The notes under the pieces are model-generated. The model was not told the DNA's origin. It searched no databases and saw nothing but the letters and a program-made list of their open reading frames with translations. The position numbers were made by a program, and so were the translations under genes. From an uncultured Alphaproteobacteria bacterium (lineage in GTDB: Bacteria > Pseudomonadota > Alphaproteobacteria > RF32 > CAG-239), in assembly GCA_934271195.1 (NCBI GenBank), contig CAKQRB010000070.1, positions 1 to 58,876 of the forward strand: a stretch of DNA of 58,876 nt, written 5' to 3'. Each line of letters starts with the position of its first letter. The first letter of the stretch is position 1. Shown here in pieces: positions 17,366 to 27,000 of the stretch.

Positions 17366-20300
17366 TTAATTCCTCCGGTTTTTAGCGACTTCCGGCAAAG
17401 CATAGCCGGCAACCTTTTTATCCAGGTCTATAAAGGAGCCGTTATTCTTCAAATAGCCGATAACCTCCCCTTTGGCATCGACAACTTTGCCATCCGGGTT
17501 CAATCTGCCTTTATATTTACCATCATTTCCTAAAATTGTCGCGCCTATTTTGTAAATTTTACCAAGAATATTATCGGCAGAATCGACAGCCAGACCGCCG
17601 GAAATACTGCGACCGGCAATACGTCCGTCTTTGCCGCGGATACGCCCGTCAAATTCTACAAAACCGACAACATTATCGGTATTGCCGATAACAATATCGC
17701 CCTCAACGACTTCGCCAATCAGTTTTCCGACCTGAGAAATCACGCTGCCGTCAGAAAGCACCCGTCCGATGACTACGTTATTGTTGTCAATCACACTGCC
17801 GTTCGGCATGGCCGCCCCCAGAAGCGCGCCTGAAAAATCAATAACGGCACCGCGCTTGAGCAGGCTCAGGTTTTTATCCGTTGCTCCGCCGGGCAAAATA
17901 GCGGTCAAAATATTGCTTTTGAGATCCAGCACATCGCCAACCGAAGTCATGCGGCCGCGATACCCGCCCCAAATGTCAATCAAAATATTTTCCGGGACGG
18001 TTTCGCCGATAATGGCATTGCTTTTGTTCAGGATTTTGCCATCAGAGCTGACACGTCCGGTTTCTTTTCCTTTCAAGCTGACGACTCTTCCGTCCGGCAA
18101 GACATATCCCAAATAGGCACCGTCATAACCGATGGCGGCACCGCCGCGAATCACAGCCCCGAGATACTCTCCTTTGTTGCCGATAAAATTGCCTTTGGCA
18201 TCAATATTTCCCAAAACATCTCCAAAACGATTCTGAACCCTGCCGTCATAATTGCTGTGCCCGATGACTTTGCCATCAAAGCCCACAATTTGCCCGATAC
18301 GATAGGGGATTCCCAGAAGTTGGTTATAAAAGCTCAGTCCGTCGCCATTAATTTTACCCAGAGATACTCCTTCGGTATTATAAACCTTCCCGTTGGCAAA
18401 GATTGATCCCAGATAATTTCCAGATTTGTCAGAAAAAGAAGTTCTGACATCGGCGGCGATGCCGACAATTTCATTTTTGTCATTCAGTATGAGGTTGTTG
18501 GCAGACAATTTTAACGGCTGCTGACCACGTATGTTTACCTCGGCCTTTTGGTCAACAATATTCAAAAAATTACCGTTCAGATCAAAGGCATACTGCCGCC
18601 CCAGAACCTTGCCGACATAGCCGCCGTCTTTGTTAAAAATATCGCCGTACATTCCGACACAACCGACCGGCAGACCAGCGTCATTGACAACCAGACCGTC
18701 AGCTCCGACGTGTCCAAGATATTTGCCGTCATAATCAACGGCCGCGCCCTGTTTTAAGACTCCGCCGACAAGATTGCCTTTTTCATCAAGAACTGTACCG
18801 TCCGGATTGACACAACCGACATACTGGTTGTTGGAATCTTTAACAATACCGTCATTACCGGCCTCACCGACCAGCATACAGGCATTGTCAAAAACCTTAC
18901 CGGCCTTGGTTACTTCGCCGGCATAAGTTCCGTCTTTATTCATTACAATGCCGCTGGGCAGAACCTTTAAATCCTGTTCTTCATTATTTTTTACAATTTT
19001 GCCGTCTTTATCCAAGAAACCAAGCTGCTTGCAACCAAATCCGACGACAAGTCCGCCACGCACCATTTCAGCCACGACTTCCCCTCCGGACATATCCCGA
19101 ACCAGCAAATTGGCATCCACACGCCCGACAGGCTGGCGCGACTGGTTTTCAATCACGCCGGAATTTGTTATGCTTCCGAGAATCCGCCCCTGCGGCGTTA
19201 TCGGAATATATCCTTCAACAAGCAGTCGGCCGATAACCTTGCCGTCTTTGGTCATTATTACGCCGTTATTATCCACGCGGCCGACGACATTGCCGCTTTT
19301 ATCAACAACTGTGCCGTCCGGCATGACAACACCAATGACATTGCCTTCGTCATCCAGAGCAACACGCCCCGGACGCGTAATATAGCCGATAATTTGGCCA
19401 TTGGCGTCTACAACGTCACCATAGCTGTTCAAACGGCCGATAATCCGGCCTTCCATATCCTCAACGGTACCATCCGCCGTCACACGTCCGATGACCTTGC
19501 CGTCTTTATCATAAATAAAGCCATATTCCGCTTCTCGCCCGATAATATTGCCATTTTCATCCAACACCGTGCCATCAGGCATGACTTTGCCGAGTACCTT
19601 GCCGTCTTTGTCTACGACGGAGCCATTATTATTGGCGAAGCCGATGACGTTGCCGTTTTCATCAACAACTAATTTGCGGTTTTCGGCCACGCCGACAATA
19701 TTACCGTTATTGTCTACGACCATTCCCTGCGCATTAACGCGGCCGATAACACTGTCGTCTTTATCCCGCACATAGCCATCTTCATCAATTACACCAATGA
19801 CATCGCCGTTCGGACCGATGGCATAGCGGGTTACAACGTCCGCTTTATTGATAACGGAATCTCTTCCTCCGGTACCGGAATCGCAAAAATTGCAGTCTTC
19901 TTTACGAATGGCGCTGCCGGTTACAGGAACTTTGGCAGCTTTGGCGTTTTCGTCGCCCAAGCCGACTTCAACCCAAGTGATGATAAAATTGTTCTGGACA
20001 TTTCCGGTGACAACCGGCACCCAGCTAATTTGAATATGGCAAGTTTCGTCACCTTTCAGAATCATTCCGCCGCAACCGTTGGCAAAAGAAAAACCGTCAG
20101 CGGGAGGATCTGCCAGATTGACCGATATAATTTTCACAGAAGCATGGCCGTTTGTTCCCAAGGTCAGAACATTTCGGGCGTTGCTGCCAATAATAACTTG
20201 TCCGAGCGGCACAGGATCCGGCGTCATGGTCAAGGGAACCTCACCTTCTATAATTCCACCGATTTCAATATTTGTCGAGAGCCCGCCTTTACGGTCAATA

Positions 20301-20479
20301 TTAATCCCGTCATCGGTATTTTCAAAGTTCATCGAGGTTTCTTCAACCTCTCCTCCGCTCAGCAGAAGAAGTGAAATTCCGAACAAAAAGATTAATAGGG
20401 AAGTAATACCGACAATCAAGATGATGCGGTTAGTCTTTTTGACATATACTTCCGAATTTGTTAACTGTTCGTCGCTCAT
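17366..20479 (-). CDS. Membrane-anchored repeat protein (1037 aa): N-terminal TM helix, Ig-like beta-sandwich-looking segment, then the same 17-residue repeat family as VirB10
   Basis: The ATG overlaps the virB9 stop (ATGA at 20476-20479), and its own stop lies 2 nt before the virB10 start. TM helix IILIVGITSLLIFLFGISLLLL. Example repeats: DGTVLDENGNIIGRE / DKDGKVIGRVTADGTVED / MEGRIIGRLNSYGDVVD. Confidence 0.8.
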   Translation of the reverse strand: MSDEQLTNSEVYVKKTNRIILIVGITSLLIFLFGISLLLLSGGEVEETSMNFENTDDGINIDRKGGLSTNIEIGGIIEGEVPLTMTPDPVPLGQVIIGSNARNVLTLGTNGHASVKIISVNLADPPADGFSFANGCGGMILKGDETCHIQISWVPVVTGNVQNNFIITWVEVGLGDENAKAAKVPVTGSAIRKEDCNFCDSGTGGRDSVINKADVVTRYAIGPNGDVIGVIDEDGYVRDKDDSVIGRVNAQGMVVDNNGNIVGVAENRKLVVDENGNVIGFANNNGSVVDKDGKVLGKVMPDGTVLDENGNIIGREAEYGFIYDKDGKVIGRVTADGTVEDMEGRIIGRLNSYGDVVDANGQIIGYITRPGRVALDDEGNVIGVVMPDGTVVDKSGNVVGRVDNNGVIMTKDGKVIGRLLVEGYIPITPQGRILGSITNSGVIENQSRQPVGRVDANLLVRDMSGGEVVAEMVRGGLVVGFGCKQLGFLDKDGKIVKNNEEQDLKVLPSGIVMNKDGTYAGEVTKAGKVFDNACMLVGEAGNDGIVKDSNNQYVGCVNPDGTVLDEKGNLVGGVLKQGAAVDYDGKYLGHVGADGLVVNDAGLPVGCVGMYGDIFNKDGGYVGKVLGRQYAFDLNGNFLNIVDQKAEVNIRGQQPLKLSANNLILNDKNEIVGIAADVRTSFSDKSGNYLGSIFANGKVYNTEGVSLGKINGDGLSFYNQLLGIPYRIGQIVGFDGKVIGHSNYDGRVQNRFGDVLGNIDAKGNFIGNKGEYLGAVIRGGAAIGYDGAYLGYVLPDGRVVSLKGKETGRVSSDGKILNKSNAIIGETVPENILIDIWGGYRGRMTSVGDVLDLKSNILTAILPGGATDKNLSLLKRGAVIDFSGALLGAAMPNGSVIDNNNVVIGRVLSDGSVISQVGKLIGEVVEGDIVIGNTDNVVGFVEFDGRIRGKDGRIAGRSISGGLAVDSADNILGKIYKIGATILGNDGKYKGRLNPDGKVVDAKGEVIGYLKNNGSFIDLDKKVAGYALPEVAKNRRN

Positions 20480-22176
20480 TGGGTCCTAACTACACTGCAA
20501 AATACACCGCTGCGTCCGAGTTTTCCGCAAACAGCGTCACCCTCTTCCAGAGAATTGACCGGTCCTACACGCAGGTGGAAAAGCTCTTTGCCTTGTCCGT
20601 CCGCCGGCGCATCAACTGAGAAGAACGGATCATAAATGCTCAGACTGTCTGCGTATTTTTTGGAGAGATTATTCCATAAAACCTCCAATTTTGAAACATC
20701 GGAATCCGTACCGAGTTCAATGGAAATGTTGTTGGAGCCGTCGGACAGAGTATCTCCGTAGGCAAACTTGTCAAGATACTTATATCCCTTGCCGAATCGG
20801 TTATTATTTGTAATCCTTTGCATTTTGGAATAATCAACATTTTCCATGCCTTTGGGCATTTTGCCTGCGGTTTCATAACCGGTTCCGATATTACCGGCGG
20901 CAATATTTTTATATTGAGGATCTATAATCTCGCTGTTGCCGACCTGAATGTCATATTGAGCCGGAGTACCATTTTTTGCATCTTCCAGACTTATGCCGAC
21001 GGAAGAATCGTGTGCTCCACTGCCACCGACACGAACAGAAGCGCCGGGAATTGCATAAGGATTATTGGTTCCTGGAGCCTGACTTTGCGGCATTCCGGAA
21101 CTTGGGAGCGGAGCAGGAACATCCCATTGCGGCGGCAATCCTTCTCCGCCCGGAGCATTCTCCAACCCGACGTCATCTCCGCGGCGCAACTTCAGACAGA
21201 CAATTCTTTTGCCGTTGCGCAGCACAATATCACCAATGCCTTCAACAATAATCAACCGATTGTCAGGTCCTGCCGTCCTAAAGCCAACGGGAACTTCCAT
21301 ACGTTCGACAATCAGGGTGGCAATCGGCCGTTGATTCATGTTCAATGCACGTTTGCCAAAGTCTATATAAGTAAAGATATCATCACGCCAGACGCGTTCC
21401 GGCGCAATTACAACGTCATCAGGATTGGGCACATAGACCTCGACATCAAATTTGAATTTGGACGGATCAACCGGAATTTCCCGCAGCCAGTTATCATCCT
21501 GGAAGCGGCGGAGCTGCGTTGCATCTGCTGATTTTGCTCCAGATGACAAACCGGCGCTTCCTCCGTTAAAATTTCGACCATATCCTCCCGATACACCGCC
21601 AAGCCCCGTCCTTTTGCCATTAGCCCCGCGGCCGGCAATAACCTCAATATCAATAATAGAATTGGTCAGACGCTCGGTATTAACGGCTTCGCTTTTAACA
21701 TAAAAGACATAACGGTTGCCTGACCGGCCAAAGATAATTACATTGGTGTCGACACCGACATTTGCACCCTGACGGGGATACAGAAGAACTGTATTAGGAC
21801 CGGAGATTTGTCCGTCAAACGTAGCATTGTCACCGATAAAGACATCTTCAACCATTTCCCATTCCGGAAAATTCAGCAAAGTCATCATGCCTTCGCGCAG
21901 GCGCACCGGCAAGACCAAATCCGGTGTCCAATAATATTTGGAGTAAGCAGGACGGGACTGCCCTTCACCAAGATTTTGCATTGGATCTAGCCAGGCACTT
22001 TGCGTCATTCCCAAAGAATTGAAGCCGGCATAACCGAGGTTCATGGGCTGATAGTTTCCGTTGACTTCATCCGCGCTGTTATTAACCTGATCTACAGTCT
22101 GAGCCCTAAGGAACGGAGCCCCGGCAACAAAAAACAGCAGGGCAGCGAGGCTGAATTTTACGACTTTGCAAAACAT
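20476..22176 (-). CDS. virB9: VirB9-family outer-membrane core protein with a ~230-aa C-terminal extension ending in a SPOR-like domain
   Basis: Signal peptide ...APFLRA-Q. VirB9/CagX N-domain (VLPVRLREGMMTLLNF...NRYVFYVKSE) and C-domain (FTYIDFG...LIVEGIGDIVLRNGKRIVCLKL). The tail reads ISIELGTDSDVSKLEVLWNNL...ELFHLRVGPVNSLEEGDAVCGKLGRSGVFCSVV. Confidence 0.88.
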   Translation of the reverse strand: MFCKVVKFSLAALLFFVAGAPFLRAQTVDQVNNSADEVNGNYQPMNLGYAGFNSLGMTQSAWLDPMQNLGEGQSRPAYSKYYWTPDLVLPVRLREGMMTLLNFPEWEMVEDVFIGDNATFDGQISGPNTVLLYPRQGANVGVDTNVIIFGRSGNRYVFYVKSEAVNTERLTNSIIDIEVIAGRGANGKRTGLGGVSGGYGRNFNGGSAGLSSGAKSADATQLRRFQDDNWLREIPVDPSKFKFDVEVYVPNPDDVVIAPERVWRDDIFTYIDFGKRALNMNQRPIATLIVERMEVPVGFRTAGPDNRLIIVEGIGDIVLRNGKRIVCLKLRRGDDVGLENAPGGEGLPPQWDVPAPLPSSGMPQSQAPGTNNPYAIPGASVRVGGSGAHDSSVGISLEDAKNGTPAQYDIQVGNSEIIDPQYKNIAAGNIGTGYETAGKMPKGMENVDYSKMQRITNNNRFGKGYKYLDKFAYGDTLSDGSNNISIELGTDSDVSKLEVLWNNLSKKYADSLSIYDPFFSVDAPADGQGKELFHLRVGPVNSLEEGDAVCGKLGRSGVFCSVVRTQ

Positions 22177-22190
22177 TATAGACTGAACTC

Positions 22191-22934
22191 CTAATCCTTA
22201 TTTACTTTATTATGGGTCAAAGCATAGCGGTCAACAGTAAAGCCGACCGGATTATTTAACCTTTCTGAATATTTTACCGTTTTCTGGCGATAGAGCACGC
22301 GAAGCGTGGCTGTCCAGTAATTAACCGTCGGACTTTTGGAATCCGGAAACATATCTCGGGTTTCATACTCGACTTGCCACAAGCCGCGGCCGATTTCATT
22401 GACGGACAAAATCCGAACTTCCCGCGCAAGGGCTTTGGTTCTGATAATTTCAAGCGCCCGCTTGGCCGTCCGCTGAATAAACTCTTCATAAACAGGAACT
22501 GAAGACATTTCCTGAATCGGCCCATTAGGCATCCAGCGCGCTTCCATTTCCTGAATATCGCGCGTAAAGGAACTGCGCATCAAAATATACTGGCGGACAA
22601 AAACCTCCGTTACCGTTTTATGGTCTTCCATATTGCCGCGAATGCGCTTGATATTATAAACCTGTTCCTGCTTGTTTTGAAAAGTCAGCAAAAACGGCTC
22701 AACGCGAAACAGCGGAATAACCTGCATAATGGCAATAATCAGCACGATATTGCAACAAATACTGACAGCCGTGATAATGGCAAAGGCACGAGCCGTCCAC
22801 AGGTATTTTTTTTCATTACTGTTGCCGATGAACAATTCGGAATCGGCCGATGCGGAATAGTAATCATTACGACGAGCGCCTTGATTACCAATCAGCTTGG
22901 TTTCAGAATTGCCAGACCCCAGAATACGCGCCAT
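22191..22934 (-). CDS. virB8: VirB8-family protein (copy 2)
   Basis: Single N-terminal TM helix and an NTF2-like periplasmic domain, with C-terminal motif NPVGFTVDRY. Directly upstream of virB9. Confidence 0.88.
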   Translation of the reverse strand: MARILGSGNSETKLIGNQGARRNDYYSASADSELFIGNSNEKKYLWTARAFAIITAVSICCNIVLIIAIMQVIPLFRVEPFLLTFQNKQEQVYNIKRIRGNMEDHKTVTEVFVRQYILMRSSFTRDIQEMEARWMPNGPIQEMSSVPVYEEFIQRTAKRALEIIRTKALAREVRILSVNEIGRGLWQVEYETRDMFPDSKSPTVNYWTATLRVLYRQKTVKYSERLNNPVGFTVDRYALTHNKVNKD

Positions 22935-22948
22935 TTACATAACTCCGC

Positions 22949-23137
22949 TTAAATTGTTGCCACAAACCAATCCGGCAGGTTTTTCGGCAAATCCAGCTGC
23001 AGGCAGGCGCAAGGAGAGAGTTTAAGTTCATCAGAACCTTTACCGACACCGACTGGTTCCGGTTCATAATAAGAACCAAAACAGCCGGACAGCATAAACA
23101 CTACCATTACAGCCAGCAGGAATCTTCCATATTTCAT
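22949..23137 (-). CDS. virB7: Small lipoprotein in the virB7 position
   Basis: 62 aa with lipobox FMLSG-C, sitting immediately upstream of a virB8-virB9 pair. The call rests on position and size only. Confidence 0.5.
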   Translation of the reverse strand: MKYGRFLLAVMVVFMLSGCFGSYYEPEPVGVGKGSDELKLSPCACLQLDLPKNLPDWFVATI

Positions 23138-23326
23138 AGGCTTTCTCCATTACAGATTTTAACGCGACGGCTCCAAAAGGAACCGACAGTTACACTTTTT
23201 TTTCAAAATATACTCTTTTCGTTTAAAAGTCTAATGGCAAGCTGTCGAAATCCCCAACTTATCAACAAGTCGGAATTGCCGATTTCTTTATTATAACAGA
23301 AACACAATAACAATTTGTTAAAAAAG

Positions 23327-24088
23327 TCAGAGAATTTCGACTTCCGTTTGGGAATAGCGGGTAACAGTAAAGCCCATCGGGTTTATCAGGCGACGCCCCA
23401 TAAACATCCGCTCCCGAAAGAAATAGGCCTCAACCGATGCCGTCCAGTATCTTTCGACAAAGACAAGGTCCGTACTGGCCGTTGCCGCATAAAGATCATA
23501 GGTCTTAAAGTCAACCTTCCAAATCGGGCTTTTGTTACCGCCCTGCTGATAGATTTTTATGATTTCCACCTCGCGCGACAGACCTTTTTCAATATTGGAA
23601 TACATGATTGATTCCCGATTGGCATAAAAGGCGTCAAAAACGTTGGGGGCTGACAAAAAGTTTACCATTCCGCCAGGAAACCAACGCGTGCGCATTTCCT
23701 GCGTGTCATTAATCACCGTATTGCGCACAATTACATATTGGCGGATAAACGTTTCCATCAATTGCGTTTTTGAGGCCATTTTATCCGTTATGGCCTCCTG
23801 CCGGACAATGCCTTTGGACGTGTTCTGGTTGATAATCAAAAAAGGCTCGACGCTTACGGCCGGCGCCAGACGAAACAAAGAGAGGCTGGCCAGAACCATA
23901 AACAGGCAGGACAAGACGGCAAAAAAGATAAAGAGGCGGGAAAGCCAGGTATAATACCGCAGCTTGAGGCTTTCGTTTTTTTGCTCTATGCTTTGCAGAA
24001 ACTCGACGTTTTGTTTGCCGCCCGTTCCTTCAATGGCAAGGATTTTGCTGCCGCCGATGGCCTTGTTTTGCCCTCCCGCATTTATCAT
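23327..24088 (-). CDS. virB8: VirB8-family protein (copy 1)
   Basis: TM helix LFIFFAVLSCLFMVLASLSLF and C-terminal motif NPMGFTVTRY. Clear paralog of 22191..22934. Confidence 0.88.
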   Translation of the reverse strand: MINAGGQNKAIGGSKILAIEGTGGKQNVEFLQSIEQKNESLKLRYYTWLSRLFIFFAVLSCLFMVLASLSLFRLAPAVSVEPFLIINQNTSKGIVRQEAITDKMASKTQLMETFIRQYVIVRNTVINDTQEMRTRWFPGGMVNFLSAPNVFDAFYANRESIMYSNIEKGLSREVEIIKIYQQGGNKSPIWKVDFKTYDLYAATASTDLVFVERYWTASVEAYFFRERMFMGRRLINPMGFTVTRYSQTEVEIL

Positions 24089-24098
24089 CTTTTACTTG

Positions 24099-27000
24099 TT
24101 ACCTTTCTTTTATCGGAAAACGGCACATATTTTTGTCATAGGCTCCTTCATTGTAGTTGGCACAATAAATATTGCCCAGATCCTTTATGGCCTGTCGAAA
24201 CGCCTCTTCCTCTTTTTTCCGATATTCCTCGCGGACTGCCGCGTTGGCTTCTTCCATTTTTATAATCTCGTCAAAATTCGGTCCGCTGTCAACCCCTTCC
24301 GCAATTGTCACCAGTTCCTGATTATCTTTGTTCAGAGCCATCAGCATGCGGTTGAATTCACGAAGACGGTATTTGACAATTTTATTATCCGTAACTTTGA
24401 CATTTTTAATACGGGTATCAATCTCGGTTAAGAGCTTGTTTTTGGTTTCATCCAGCGTAGACATGGACAGCTTCCAATCAGCAGTATTAAGCAGACTGAA
24501 AGCGTTGGACAACTGGTAGCCGATTTCACCCAACGTCTGAGCCAGATCAAATTCAAGCTGGCGAATATCTTTTTCCAGCTGTTTGCGACTTTCGCGGTAT
24601 TCCCGTTCGGTTTCGGCAATATTCAAAAAGCCTCCGACCTGATTTTGCTGGAACGGGATATAGCCCATAAGTGTCTTTTTGACCTTTTCCACAGAAGAAG
24701 CATCGCGGTTGTCGGACTCTTTCAAAGCGCTTTCATCGCCATTATTTTTGCCGATGATTTCTGTCAGCCGGTCATAAATTTTGGCCATTTCCTTACGGAA
24801 TTTGGTTTCCGTATTGGCATCATCGCCAAGAGCATTGCCTCCGGCCTCCATAAGCGACTTCAGCACGGACATGGCTTTGGCTTTTTCCAAGATATTATTT
24901 GCTCTTGCCAGATTTAAGGAGGCCGTGACAATTTTTGTCAGAGTTCCGGAAGCCGGTGTCTGCAGAAAAATTCCAAGCTCGCTACGCCCCAAAGTCGGGT
25001 CGTTGTCGTCTTTGACCGTTGTAAAACCGGCGCCGGCTGTTTCATTATATAACGACCATTTGTTCCAGATAAGGAATTTGCTCTTGTCGGCACGTTCTCC
25101 GTCTTCCGTCAGGTTGAGCGAATAGTTAATACAAGGGTTAACTTTTCCGCCGGCGTAATCCGCCTCCGTATTGGTCAGGCTGGCAACTGTGTCTTCCATG
25201 GATTTGGCGCGACTGTCCAGACCACCGATAACGGCCGTTCCGAAGTAATCATTGCCACAGTGCAGATTTTTCAGGCACTGACCAGGGGTGTTTCCTGCTG
25301 CCAACGCCCCTTCTGCTGCCGCTGCGCACTCGCGTTTGTGTTCTACATTATAAATTGTATTGTCTATACATTTATCTTCATTGCCGACTAACGATGCTGT
25401 CAGGTTGCAGGGGAACTGTCCGCCACGAAGAAGCGTGTTGGTTCCGATACCGCTGTCAAGAATTTTGGTCAGGTCAATATCCTTTTCAACAAACGGCTTG
25501 TCCGCCAGAATTTCTTTCCAGAGTTCCGGCACTTCGCCGCCATAAGCCACAAAGGATTTCCGGCTGCCGGGGGCGGCGTGTTCATAGTCATAATCGTCAA
25601 AGTGAAAGATTTCCCGAACCGGTGGGTAGCCCATTTGCAACGGCGCGCGCGGCGCTTTGGCTTCACGGTCGGTCAGCGGCTTGACACCGATAAAGGTTTT
25701 GTCGTCTTCCGAAATATCAAGCCGGCTAATAGTAGCTTCCCAAGGCTTCATACTGGCAGAAATCTCCAGTTCGGCGTCAGACACCTCATAGATGACGTCA
25801 GCCAGAGCGCGCATCATGCTTTTGTGCATGGAAGGCGCCGTTCCGACGGAATAATACAAGTTGTCGCCCATGGCACACATGCTTTCACGCGTAGCCTTAA
25901 TCTGAGCCTCCATGCTCTTAATAAAGCCTGCTGTCAAAGACTGGGCATCTTTGATAACACGGCTCATGGTAATAATCGCACCTCCGCCGGAAGCACTGAC
26001 GTTGCCCAATTTCAGCACCCGCTCGGATAAAAGCCCCGGCAGTGTTTCTTCCTTAAATTTATTCAGGATAGTTTTGCTGATAATCGAACCGTCATTTGCC
26101 GGTACGCTGTCACCCAGAACGGATTTTAACGAGCCCGACAGCAATTCGTCTTCATTGGCGTTCAACTCCCACAGATTGGGATAAGTTTTATCACGCGGAA
26201 TGGCAACAACGGAAGGAATTGCTGTGTCATTTGCCGCCTTGTCTTTTTTCAGCTGCTCGATTTTTTTGGCAGTTTCATCTTTCAGACGCTGTATTTCCTT
26301 TGTTTTCTCTTGCGCTTTCATATCCTTATCCGATTTAACATCGGCGATGGCACTTTCCTGCGCCGCTTTGGCCGCGTTTACCTCCGCAATCAGGGCAGCA
26401 GTATTCGCTACCGGTAACGCCATTTCAAAAATCTGCTTTTGCGCTAAAAACTGCAGGTACTGCGCCAAATTTATGTATTTGCCGTCAAGGTACTGGCTGT
26501 AAAAGTTCTTTTGGTCATTCCAAACCGGATAAGGATTGGACAAAGAGCCCCATGTTCCCGGATTTTCAGCCAGCGTTTTGGCGGCAATGGCTCCGATTTC
26601 CCACGGCAGAAGCTGTGATTTGCGAGCTTCAGCCTCGTATTGGGCGGTTTCATCAAGAACGACGCCGGTAATTTTTTCGGCATAGGGGATACCTTCTTTT
26701 TCAACATTATCCAAATCTTTTGTATGAATATCGTCTTCCGTCGGCGCCGGTACGGCACTGATATTATAGTTTTCGCCGCTGCTGATTGCGGCTCTGGCCA
26801 GATCATACTGGTCGAGCGCCCAGCCAGAAACACCGCCACGGGCAGCATAATCAGCAGAAACGTCTTCGCTGCAGTCATCTTCGCTGTTGGCGGACAAATC
26901 TTCAAAGTTCAGAACCGGACAATCCGCATAATCGGCCACAACATTGTCACAGCTGGACTGACCGCACCAAACAGACGAGGCGTCGGAGAAGTTGTTGGAC

